Positions 45,148 through 56,739 of a DNA stretch of 64,000 nucleotides are shown here, one piece after another. The translations under genes were made by a program, and so were the position numbers. The notes beneath the pieces were generated by a model. The model was not told where the DNA came from. It did no database searches and saw only the letters and a program-made list of their open reading frames with translations. The stretch comes from Guillardia theta CCMP2712. Its lineage: Eukaryota; Protista; Cryptophyta. Position 1 is the first letter of the stretch. Every line of letters begins with the position of its first letter. Location: NCBI RefSeq assembly GCF_000315625.1, contig NW_005434640.1, forward strand, positions 256,270-320,269. The letters run 5' to 3'.

Positions 45148-45694
45148 GATGCCAGGCTTCTGCTCTACGAGAGTAGCAAGCCATAGAGACAAAGGCTGGG
45201 AGTGATAGGATATACAGGTGTTGTAACATAGTAGGAGTCGGAGGATGTGGAATACCATGTTGTGTAGAATAAAAACAAGGATGAAGCAAGCACGATTGAG
45301 CCAGATGCTATGGTTGAGCTGAGACCAGCTACAAGGAGCAGACTGATGTATGATAACAGTGTTGCTAAGCTCTGACTGGCCGGGGACCTCGCCAGGACCG
45401 GACCGCCATTTTCAAGCTCGTTGTGCAATCAACCAGTCGAAGGGATATCGTGTCCGGAGGTTCACCTTGCTGTCTTGCCAAATACCTGTCATGTACGGCC
45501 GAGAAGAGAAAAGAAACAGCTCCCTGACGAAACAGGGCCTTGATGTATCAGCCTTTCACAGCCCCATCCAAGATATGCATCACACGTTGTGATCGTCGTG
45601 CAACCGACCAGAAAAGTGATAGTCCACGTTTCTTTATATACAGCAACATCCTTCAAATACTACTATACAACAAGTACATTCCTGGCGCTTGCGC

Positions 45695-45970
45695 TCACGC
45701 TCTGAGCTTCCTGAGCGCCCTCGCCTGGCATGGCAGCTCCCGCCCGTCTACCGAGCCCCCCGCCGCTTGCTGCTCCCGCTCGATGTACGCGATGGCGCCC
45801 GCAAGGCACGCCAGCCGCTTCCTGGCGCCCGCCGAGAAGCGAGAGTACACCCGCTCGTCCATGCCGAAAGGCGCCGCGGCGCCCGACTTGCTGCCAGCAG
45901 CGTCGCGGGAGATGGGGGAGGAGGAGAGGGAGGGTCTGGAGGCGGGATGATCGTCGCACGTGGGCTGCAT
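45695..45970 (-). CDS. Microprotein type A, copy 2
   Basis: Protein identical to copy 1. Confidence 0.75.
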   Translation of the reverse strand: MQPTCDDHPASRPSLSSSPISRDAAGSKSGAAAPFGMDERVYSRFSAGARKRLACLAGAIAYIEREQQAAGGSVDGRELPCQARALRKLRA

Positions 45971-46336
45971 GGCGGAGGTTGATGGGGAAAGAGAGTTGGG
46001 AGGCGGGGGAGACGCGGTGGGAATATATACTCCGAGGTCACGGAGGGAGGGGCCGAGATTGACCGGCAGGGTCTGCGAAACGATGCGAGATTGGCGTGAG
46101 AGTCACGATGTCCGCATGGCAGGCCAAGGCTTGATGAGGTGCCCCGCGTGACCTGGTGACAGGCGAGGGAGACGGAGGGTGTGTTTTCACGTTGGTTGGG
46201 ACGAAACAGCTTTTTGAGGAGCCCAAACGATGCGTATCTGGAGATGTATCACGCGTACCCCATGGCCTCATGACAACTCCTTCAGCTCCTTCACGTCGCC
46301 TACTCTCTCAGATACGCTATCTTGATCCTGTTGCCG

Positions 46337-46482
46337 ATGGCGCACAGCGCTACTTCATCTGTCCCATCATCCTGCGACTCAGAGCCACGAACCAGCGATG
46401 GCTTCCCTACTCGGGATGAAGGGCTTCTGTCACACCTCTCGCCACAGAGAAGGAAGAGGCTGGCGTGCCTTGCGGGCACTAT
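46337..46482 (+). CDS. Microprotein type B, copy 2 (runs into N gap)
   Basis: MAHSATSS..LSHLSPQRRKRLACLAG, then gap 46483-46740. Confidence 0.6.
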
Positions 46483-47135
46483 NNNNNNNNNNNNNNNNNN
46501 NNNNNNNNNNNNNNNNNNNNNNNNNNNNNNNNNNNNNNNNNNNNNNNNNNNNNNNNNNNNNNNNNNNNNNNNNNNNNNNNNNNNNNNNNNNNNNNNNNNN
46601 NNNNNNNNNNNNNNNNNNNNNNNNNNNNNNNNNNNNNNNNNNNNNNNNNNNNNNNNNNNNNNNNNNNNNNNNNNNNNNNNNNNNNNNNNNNNNNNNNNNN
46701 NNNNNNNNNNNNNNNNNNNNNNNNNNNNNNNNNNNNNNNNGCCAGATGCTATGGTTGAGCTGAGACCAGCTACAAGGAGCAGACTGATGTATGATAACAG
46801 TGTTGCTAAGCTCTGACTGGCCGGGGACCTCGCCAGGACCGGACCGCCATTTTTAAGCTCGTTGTGCAATCAACCAGTCGAAGGGATATCGTGTCCGGAG
46901 GTTCACCTTGCTGTCTTGCCAAATACCTGTCATGTACGGCCGAGAAGAGAAAAGAAACAGCTCCCTGACGAAACAGGGCCTTGATGTATCAGCCTTTCAC
47001 AGCCCCATCCAAGATATGCATCACACGTTGTGATCGTCGTGCAACCGACCAGAAAAGTGATAGTCCACGTTTCTTTATATACAGCAACATCCTTCAAATA
47101 CTACTATACAACAAGTACATTCCTGGCGCTTGCGC

Positions 47136-47378
47136 TCACGCTCTGAGCTTCCTGAGCGCCCTCGCCTGGCATGGCAGCTCCCGCCCGTCTACCGAGCCCC
47201 CCGCCGCTTGCTGCTCTCGCTCGATGTACGCGATAGCGCCCGCAAGGCACGCCAGCCTCTTCCTTCTCTGTGGCGAGAGGCGTGACAGAAGCCCTTCATC
47301 CCGAGTAGGGAAGCCATCGCTGGTTCGTGGCTCTGAGTCGCAGGAGGATGGGACAGATGAAGTAGCGCTGTGCGCCAT
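47136..47378 (-). CDS. Microprotein type B, copy 3, with A-type tail (80 aa)
   Basis: B-type N-terminus joined to ..CQARALRKLRA*. Confidence 0.7.
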   Translation of the reverse strand: MAHSATSSVPSSCDSEPRTSDGFPTRDEGLLSRLSPQRRKRLACLAGAIAYIEREQQAAGGSVDGRELPCQARALRKLRA

Positions 47379-47744
47379 CGGCAACAGGATCAAGATAGCG
47401 TATCTGAGAGAGTAGGCGACGCGAAGGAGCTGAAGGAGTTGTCATGAGGCCATGGGGTACGCGTGATACATCTCCAGATACGGGTCGTTTGGGCTCCTCA
47501 AAAAGCTGTTTCGTCCCAACCAACGTGAAAACACACCCTCCGTCTCCCTCGCCTGTCACCAGGTCACGCGGGGCACCTCATCAAGCCTTGGCCTGCCATG
47601 CGGACATCGTGACTCTCACGCCAATCTCGCATCGTTTCGCAGACCCTGCCGGTCAATCTCGGCCCCTCCCTCCGTGACCTCGGAGTATATATTCCCACCG
47701 CGTCTCCTCCGCCACCCAACTCTCTTTCCCCATCAACCTCCGCC

Positions 47745-48020
47745 ATGCAGCCCACGTGCGACGATCATCCCGCCTCCAGACCCTCCCTCTCCTCCTCCCC
47801 CATCTCCCGCGACGCTGCTGGCAGCAAGTCGGGCGCCGCGGCGCCTTTCGGCATGGACGAGCGGGTGTACTCTCGCTTCTCGGCGGGCGCCAGGAAGCGG
47901 CTGGCGTGCCTTGCGGGCGCCATCGCGTACATCGAGCGGGAGCAGCAAGCGGCGGGGGGCTCGGTAGACGGGCGGGAGCTGCCATGCCAGGCGAGGGCGC
48001 TCAGGAAGCTCAGAGCGTGA
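47745..48020 (+). CDS. Microprotein type A, copy 3
   Basis: Protein identical to copies 1 and 2, on the opposite strand. Confidence 0.75.
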   Translation: MQPTCDDHPASRPSLSSSPISRDAAGSKSGAAAPFGMDERVYSRFSAGARKRLACLAGAIAYIEREQQAAGGSVDGRELPCQARALRKLRA

Positions 48021-48445
48021 GCGCAAGCGCAAGGATGTACTTGTTGTATAGTAGTATTTGAAATTGACATGTATGTTTCCGGTGTACGAGATTTTGCTGT
48101 AGATTGAAGTGTACAATAATGAATTACGCCTTTGCTCACGAAGAATCTTTGAATGCTCGTCATGTCATTGTATCATGATTTCTTTTTTTCTTTTTTTTTT
48201 TGCCGTATGCTTGATCTTGTTGTATGGAAAATCGCATTATCATCTGTTGGTTTCGTAGAGAAGACAGTTCCCAACTCATTTTATATGCTTGTGCACATCG
48301 TTACATCCTGCAACAATTCTCATTTCGTACAATTGATCTCTGGAGTAGGGGAACGATCGTCTTATTCCTTTATTACTCAGCATCGAGAATACCAGTCTTC
48401 GATCTTACTTTTGATACCGGGGCACAGCTATCCGATCTTCAATGG

Positions 48446-49656
48446 CTATTTATCGTCCTGGTCGTCTGTGTTGCTTTCGTTTTCTCTGCTTGGGTTTGTC
48501 CTCTTTTTGAACTTGAAACTGGTCTCTCCTTTGAAAGCCAGATCCCAGCCTCCTCTCTTAGGAATCAACTTCGTATTGCGAAACATGTTATGCACAGTTT
48601 GCTTGGGTACTTTGGCATTCCCTCCTGCCTTCTCATCTAGAAAGAGTTGAAGAATCCTTTTCTTGAAATTCTCAGAATGTCGAGGGATAACGGTGAAACC
48701 TTTCCATCCAAAGAAAGAGGCCTTGTCTTTTGGGTCGACAATTTCAAGAGGCTCTACCCATCCCTCGACCATGGAGATATGCAGGCGCATAAGAAAGCCT
48801 TGCTTCTGATTTCTGCGACCCTGGCTTCTGCACTCAGCCAGCTGCTGCTCAAAGATCAATTTCATCGGCGATTCAGAGATTTTCTTCCTATACTCAAGTT
48901 TGATTTCATCTGTCTTTTGGACCCATATCTGCTGTCCTGCTCTCGCTCTCTTGGCCTTATTTGATTTGACGTCCGCCGTTTGTTCTGGTGGCGGAGCTTG
49001 CTCAAGGGGTTGAGAGCCACTTGCCCCTTCATTCGCATGCACTTCTTGTTGCTCCTCGGTCAGAGCTTTCCCGGCCAGAAATGATGCGGTATGGATTTGA
49101 ACTCAGATGACGGATCAGCGTTTAGCCATCCTGCAGAGTAAAGCTCAGTGTCGCCGCCTTGAAAGTCCGTGACGTTCTGATCCTGCTGCTCAGGAAAGAT
49201 CTCAAGATCGGAATGACCTTCCTCTGAAAAAAAGGACATGCTGGTCTGATGGTCTGGACTATCTATCTGTGGATCATTGGCACTTTCTTGTGGAGTATTG
49301 TCTCCTTCCGCAATACTTTGCGTAGTATTTGGATCCTCACGGTTGGTGCACCATTCCATCCTCGTCCTTTCTTCAACCCTTTGTACCAATGCATAGTTCG
49401 ATGGAGACTCAGATGGGTGCAATAAATCGAAAGGTTGTTCAGCAACTTCTAAACACCCATACTCAAATGATGAAAGCGTCGTAATTGAATTCAGCCTCAA
49501 TTCAGCGGAATCATCAGACTCTAGGTACGGCGAAAAAACAACATTATCAGGATCAAGGAGTCTGGGGGATGGCTCCATTCTGCCATTCTGCCAAGGATCA
49601 GGCGATGCTGCTACATCTTCAAGCATGTTATCGTTGTTCTGAAAAGGAAAGCTCAT
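48446..49656 (-). CDS. Putative transcription factor: acidic N-terminus and divergent HSF-like winged-helix C-terminus; split into two frames near 49060-49100
   Basis: GFLMRLHISMVEG..FGWKGFTVI..ENFKKRILQLF..TVHNMFRN loosely follows the spacing of the HSF DNA-binding domain. Confidence 0.45.
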
Positions 49657-50371
49657 GGCTCAACAGACAACAAGGAGGACAGCTGCACTCAAGATCGAGA
49701 GGACAGGAGGGACCAGATGAGCAAGTGGATAGGGAAGGGCAAACCCCCTGTAAATCTCCACCCGAATACCCCCTGATCCGTTCTTCCATCCTTGCACCGG
49801 TTATTATGAGATAATTATTAGGGGTCATAGGGGTACTTCGAGGACGACCACCCCCAACTGATCGTTTTTGCAGGCGGCGCGCCACAAAGAAGTTTAAACT
49901 TGTTTGAAGTCCGTGGGCTTGTGCGGGGATGTGGGCTGTGAGCGATTCAAGTCGGGTGGGCCGAAGTTCCATACCCTCATGGTCTGATCCCGAGGCTGAT
50001 CTGTCGGGTGACAGTCTGATCCGACCGGGGACCGGGATCTCACTTGACTCCGTGATTCAGCCACATCACTGAGTCATGAGAATGCTGTTGAGTCAACTTG
50101 GCAAGTCGGCGAGCCGCTAATTGCTCAGTGCCGGTCACAGTGATGAAACCATCCTTGCACCGAGAACTTGAAGACCCTGCAATAATTGACTGTGCAGCTT
50201 GAACTAAACATATTTGATTATAACCATTATGATACAAAATTTTGCTTACAAGTGCCAACAAAAACCGCAAGGTTACCGTACCTTGCGGATCGGATAGCAA
50301 GACTCAGTCCACACGCCGAGACAGCGGCAGCGCTGGTAAAGACACGACCAGGGTGAAAAATCGTGGAGCTG

Positions 50372-51649
50372 TCATTCAAGCTTGAAGGATTGCTCTTTCA
50401 TGCTTGACTGCAACGCACTGATGAACGAACGGTGTGTTCTCCCTTGCTTCTCTTGAATCAGTGACTGAAGACTCTTCTCCACTCGCTCTGCAAGGGTCTC
50501 CTCCGTGTCATCTTCCTGCACAATCACAGGATCTCCGATATGCTGCGTCACCTTGACTGGGAGGGGAAGAGACAGACAGGAGACATTGAAGGTGATGATG
50601 ATAGCCAGCTGCATCAGCAACCACCGCATGGGGTCAGGAGTCAGGCGGATGATGATTCCCACCAAGATATCGAGGCGCAGGAAGGTCCAGAGCTCGAAGA
50701 AGAGGTTGAACTTCATCTCTTCTCCATTCTCACAGAAGCATGGAAAGATCTGAAAGCCTTTCCCCATCTTGAGTGCTACCCGAGCGAAGCCTGCTCGCTT
50801 CTTGCCGGACTTCGACACCCAGGAGACCACGTAAGCAGAGCGACCATTGCACGTAGAGTGTGCCATTATCTCTTCTGCTCCTCCAGGCACTACTGCCACC
50901 CAGTTGCCGCTCTTCAGGAGCTCGTACGCCGTGTCCCTGTAGCCAGGGACTGCTCCAAAGTAGCGAAGGAAACCCAGTACACTGATGAGCATTCGGTGCA
51001 AGAGGCCACGAACCACCCGACCAGAAACCTGCTGAGCATGGAGGAGACAAAGACCGATGTCTCCACTGTGAGTGGTGTGGAGGGATACCAGGAGGGCTGG
51101 TCCATCCTTGGGCAGCTTTTCCCATCCCACCACCGAGAATGAATGCAGAACTTGGCCATACCAACAAATAACAAACTGGAAGGATCTGTACAGCCAGTGA
51201 CCCGCAATTTCAGAATCCTGATGTATAGCAATTAGTGACTGAAAGCAATCCTGGGCTCGTTGGTGTGGTATCCAAATGCCTATGCGCGTTGTTTGGTTTT
51301 GTTCCTACGTGGACCTTGTGCTGAACATGCAATTTTTTGCAATTGACGAAAGGATCAATATTCTAACCCATCCTCATCAAAGTAAAATCTATGCTCAATC
51401 TCGTCTGCAACCTGTCATCACAACTGCCATTGACCAAAACAATGTATATTTGGAGTGAGCATGGGCGCTTTGCTGGATCTAAGCCAATCTATGCTCCTGA
51501 TACCACCTACATGAGCTGAAGGTTCAGCTATGTCTTGTCTGAATCATATACATGGACATTTCATGTGCATCTAATGCTGTGCTGTTGCAAGAGCTCTATC
51601 ATCGCATCCAACTCACCGGCAAAAACGCAAGCGCCTCCTTTCGCGCCAT
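50372..51649 (-). CDS. TMEM68/DGAT2-like acyltransferase
   Basis: GWEKLPKDGPALLVSLH, VVPGGAEE, RAGFARVA, IFPCFCENGEE and HIGDPV, plus short upstream exons. Confidence 0.85.
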
Positions 51650-52865
51650 GTCCAGTTGTTTCTTGTTTTCCCACAGAGGGTTGTTTCCAGTTCAAAATAT
51701 TTTAAATGATTTCATATATTTCAAACTTTATAGACAGATTTGCACATTTATCTGCAAATTTACACTGCAGGAGAGTACAGTATCTTGCCAGTCTCTTCAT
51801 AGCTGCGGGGGGACGGGTGGGGTATTTTAATTCGGGGGTACCTTGGGATGCCCAACACCCACCCTGCAATGGGATATTTCAGGAGAAGGTGGGGGTGGGT
51901 AGATACTATCGTGCTATGGTGGTCGGGGAGAGAAGCGGCCGCCGGATGAACCCCACCCCGGGTATAAATATCAAGATCAGGGGGTGAAAAATGAGGGTAC
52001 TTAATATATGGAAAAGAGGGGTCAAGAGGGGGTGATAGATAAAGTTGAGGGGTGGTCTAACAAACAATGGGGGTCGTCAGGGGGGTCGTCCACCTGAAGA
52101 GCTAGCTCATGGTAGGGTGTTGCCTGCGCAAGTTGATGGTATAAAACTACTTGTATGAACTGTAGCTGGGCATATATAAACGATAGAAAGTTTTTGAGGA
52201 GCCTCTCTTGTACCACACGTTTGAAAATTTTATGGAAAATTGATAGTTAATTTGAATTCTTCCTTTCTGGTACAAAGTCCTTGTATTATTGGTGGAAATA
52301 TTCGTTATCAGTCAAACATCTTGGTACAATCTCAAGTGGCTAAAATATTAAAATTGTTCATTTCTGTTATTAAAACTCCTTGACTGTTTTTGATTTTAGA
52401 ACTCAATAATTACTAATAAAAGCCTCCTGGCAATGGAGGTGGTACCTCGTTGGAATGCTGAGCCGTGGCTAGGAAGCGTCAGTGCGAGGAGGAGCAGAGG
52501 AGCAAGGAGTGTAGGCAGCGATCATACTAATGCCCGTAGTGCGAGGTCAGCAGGTGCAGAAGCGAGGCAGCAAGGTCGATTGTGTCTCCAGGCTGCTCGT
52601 GGAAGGTAGGATGTTTGACCGGGTGTAGGGGAGAAGTGTTGTGTACATAGAAAAAGAGTGAGAACTTGTATCCTACAAATGTTGCCGTCAGTACAAGAGT
52701 ACAATCCACTGAGCTTGACGGAGAAAAGAGGGATCCCCCGCTCCCGCTACTCTCATGGAGGGTGTGGGCAAGCCAGCCAGGAGTCGACGTAGTGGTGTAG
52801 AGGCAGGGAATTTGAGCCTGGAGTGCACTTGCCTATTTTCTCCGACCTGACACTCTGTGCTAGAG

Positions 52866-54635
52866 ATGGGTACTGGAAGCATCGAGGATACGAGACAACC
52901 AGACCATGTGCAGGCGCAGATTAATGGGCTACATCTTGACGGAGGCAGTTCAGAGATTATCTTCCTTGGGACCGGCTCGTCTTCGGGCCTACCCTCTGTG
53001 CGGTGTGCGCTGAGCCCTGGAGGAGGATGTCCATGCTGCAAGGAAGCGATGTCGAACCCAGACTCGAAGAATCGGAGGGGGAATCCGTCCCTGTTGATAC
53101 GATACAGGGGCGGGAAGCGGGACAACCCAGGGGACGTTGATGGGGGGTCGGGCGAGGCGAAGAACATCCTGATTGATGCTGGCAAGACCTTCAAGGAGAG
53201 CGTCCTGCGGTGGTTTCCAAAGTTTGGAGTGAGAGAGCTGGGAGGGAGGGAGGGGGCAGGGGTCTGATCATGGGCCTTAGATCAGGACGGTGGACGCCAT
53301 AGTTTTAACGCACGAGCATGCCGATGCTATCCTTGGGCTGGACGACTTCCGTGAGCTTCAGGTCACTTGTTGAGGATGAGGGCGGGGGGGAGGGGGTCGG
53401 AAGAAGGTCGGGGTTGCTTGAATCCTGATTCATCTTCTAGACTTGGGACCTAGAGTGGAGGGGAAAGGCGCTTCCGGTCCATCCTGTTCTCCCCTCTGTT
53501 CTTCGTCGCTGACTGCAGCGATTTCTCATCTCCTTATCCTCCTCCTCATCCGCTACATCCTCCTCCTCTGCCTCCTCCTTTTTTCACTCCACCAGCCGCC
53601 GACTCCTGTCTTCCTCTCGGACGCGACTTACAAGACACTTTGCAGCATATTCCCATACCTTACAAAGAAGGTGAGGAGGCACAGTCACGTGCTGGAAGTT
53701 GGTTTGACAACCGTTGCCGCCAGGTTGACACGTCGAAAGGGGAATTCCAACGGATGGTGTCTCAGCTCGATTTCAACTGTGTCCCTCCTCTCAAGACCTT
53801 CAACGCGATGGGCCTCGAGGTCACGATCCCCATTGTCGCCCTCCGGCTCTGCCACCATCCTGCGGATCCTTGTTCCTCTCTTGCCCTTCCTCTCTTTCCC
53901 TTCATCCTTTACCTTTCATTTCTTACCCTTTGTCACATATTTTCATGACCTCTTCATGCACAGATCAGAACTTTACCCGTTGAGGTTCTTTCCTGCAGTG
54001 AGTGAGCCGCTGGTCTCTGAACTTTGAGCAATGCAGCACGGGCCGGACTGCATCTGCTACGGCTTCGACTTCGGCGTCAGGGACCGAGTTGTGTACCTCT
54101 CCGACTTCACCTCCATCTCTGAAGAGGTTTACGAAGTTATCGAGGAGAGGTCGGCCCTTGAAGTTTCTCCCTTGCCTGCCTCGATCTTCGTTCTCATATT
54201 CTTGTCCTCAACGCAGGGAAGTAAGCATCCTCGTCCTCGACAGCCTCAGGTTCCCTTCCTGTCCGGCTGGGGGCAAACGATTCGCTCACCGTGGGCTCCA
54301 GGCCCGACAAGGACTCCCTAACCCACATCGGATTGCCGACAGCCGTCGAGGTAACGAAAGCACATCCCAGTCACCTCCTCCCTCCTCCCTCCTCCCTCCT
54401 CCATCTCATCGGAACGTCGGGCAGATCGCCAAGAGAGTAAAACCCAAGAAGACCTTCCTCGTCGGACTCTCTGACAACTTTGGGGATCACGACGAATTCA
54501 ACCGGGTGAGAGCTGCTGACCTCCCTGCTCCCGAATGACTCGCAACGATCTCAGGGGCTACGAGACAAGTACGGCCCGCAGGGGATAGACATCCAGCTGG
54601 CGCACGACGGCCTAAGGATCCCGCTAGAGTTGTAG
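52866..54635 (+). CDS. Metallo-beta-lactamase-fold hydrolase (PhnP-like)
   Basis: FLGTGSSSGLP, C..C, NRRGNPSLLI, ILIDAGK, LTHEHADAILGLDD, YLSD and LAHDGL. The 5' end may extend upstream. Confidence 0.9.
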
Positions 54636-54775
54636 GAGAGCCCCCTGCTCCCCTGCGGCCGGGCCTTGTGAGAGCGCAAGATCATGTCCGAGTGACATGC
54701 TCAGGTAAGGCGACGGAAGGTCCCTTGCCGACGCGCTCAGCAAGCTTGCGCGGATGTTTGAGAGAAGTCTGTTTC

Positions 54776-55697
54776 TTAGATGTGTATGCTACAGTAAGTC
54801 GGAACTTTAGATTTGATAACCTTGAGGGCCTCCGCTCCTCCAAATTCCTCGAAGGTCTGCATCGCCTGCCACGATCGTCAGCCACTCGCTACCATCATAC
54901 GGGGAAGAGCGACGTACCTTGAGGATCTTGGGAGACAAGTCCCTATCGCTGCTCTTCTTGTTCATCTGCATGACGAGGTTGTGGATGTGCGGGTTCATGG
55001 CTTCTCCCACCACCTCTGAGAGCTGAGTAGCAGCTTCCACTGCTCCTGCAAATACGTTCTTGTTGGGGCTCAGCAGAGCCGCACGCAGGCAAGGGATGAT
55101 CCGAGGGACGAGGGGAGTGGTCTTGGCCGAGCTTCCTTCAGCAGCCAGCATGTGCTCGAAACAAGCGCGAGCGGCGAACGCGTACGGATGCTGGGTCTCG
55201 CTCAGACCTTCTGCGCAGACGATGAGCAGAGGGTCGTAGTCGAGCTCCCTAGGATCTTTGCTCCACTGAAGCTTGATGTTCACCGCTCCATGGTTCAACC
55301 GGCAGGGGATTCCTCCTGCGTTGAACACGCTGCCGAACTTCGTCTTGAACTCGCTCGCCTTGCTAGCAAAAGGGTCTGCGCACTTGACGTTCTTCAGTCG
55401 GGAGGAGGGCAGTTCAGTCCACCCCCTCGACGGTTGCCGCGAGCTCGACGGCGATTCTGAAGCTGCAGAGACTTTGGCATGCGCAGCGTGTCCCCCATGG
55501 GGCACTGAAGAGGTCGACTTTCCTCGTCCTGAAGGGATGGCTGGAGGCATTTGGTTCGTCTTGTTCGTCAGGCCCTTGGCGTTCGTTTTCACATTCATCG
55601 GTATGTTCATCCTCGAACAAGCTTCCTTGCTTGTGTGATATTCCTTGTCGCTGATCTCTCGTTTGTTCCTGCAACAAAACCATGAGCGGAGATTCAT
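54776..55697 (-). CDS. PACRGL: PACRG-like protein
   Basis: GGIPCRLNHGAVNIKLQW..LDYDPLLIVCAEGLSETQHPYAFAA, with last exon EEFGGAEALKVIKSKVPTY. Confidence 0.88.
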
Positions 55698-56739
55698 TCC
55701 AGCGCCAACTGCGCAGTTGTCTTCAAGGCTGAAAGCTGCTTCTGATGTTTGGCACTGCTCTTACATCGTTCTTCATCTTCTATCGAAATCAAGCATACTT
55801 CTCCTTCTCATGCTAACCCTCCTTGCTTAACATCGATCATTCCATATTTCAGCTCCATCAACGCATCGTTTGTCGTTTCTTGCACGTTTCCTTCAGAACA
55901 TACCCATGATCTGCCCTGTCTTGACCTATGCGCTTAGCTCAACTAATCCTCACACCTGTCATTCTCTTCTTTGTCTCCTCTCCTCTCCTCTCCTCTCCTC
56001 TCCTCCTCCTCTCCTCTCTCCTCCTCCTCCTCTCTCTCCTCTCCTCTCTCCATCGCTTCCGCCACATTTGCATGGCGTTCCCTCTCATTTTGCCTAGTGG
56101 CTTTTCTGACCGCCATCTGGTTTCACATCGGTTTCTCAATATTCGTTCCCAGTTTCCAAACCTTTGAGAAAACTTTCTGAAGTATCTATGAAATTGTCAA
56201 ATTTGATCGGTTTGAAGGAAATCTCGGGCGATTTCAAAGACGAATTCCTACATTTCAATCTTTCCATATATAATTTGGGCAGCAATCCCTCGTATACGTG
56301 GAAATCGCTGCAAGCTTTCGAGATAACCCGCCATGGCCGACGACGAGCCGCCAGAGCTGGAGGACATGGCGGAAGAGCTGGCCATGTCGAGGAGAAGGAG
56401 GTAGAAGAATGTGCTTCATCCACACACACATTGTGTTTGTGCTGGGATGACTGTGTGATGTCTTGAGCTTCTTCGAACTCAAACGTGGACATGGCCTCGA
56501 ATCCGGATGTTTCTTGCAAGTTGCGATGTTTGGAGATAGGAGAGAGGATAACCATTTGAGTTTTGTTTTCTCTTGTCCTTTCTGATGATATGAATACGAA
56601 AGTGTGTGAGTGTGTGAGATGGTTGGAGCTGGTCAGAATCCATCATCTTCCTATTCCCAGGTGTTCGCATGCGTTGGGTCAACGGACATGATACGATCTA
56701 CATATGCGCATGACTTGCGGGCGTCTGTTCCTCCCTCAG

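Larger units (their letters stand above)
44107..48062. repeat. Tandem array of ~1440-bp units carrying divergent microprotein gene pairs; core inverted in unit 3
   Basis: Near-identical units start at 44107, 45547 and 46988. Core 47265-47891 is the reverse complement of core 44384-45009. Confidence 0.93.
47093..48062. repeat. ~172-bp inverted repeats (47093-47264 and 47892-48062) flanking the inverted core
   Basis: Outer ends are TTCAAATACTACTATACAACAAGTACA... and ...TGTACTTGTTGTATAGTAGTATTTGAA. Confidence 0.9.

Noticed and set aside
47093-48062. TIR DNA transposon
   Set aside because: No transposase and no clear target-site duplication. The repeats are mostly conserved coding sequence, and homology extends beyond the left arm into the tandem unit.
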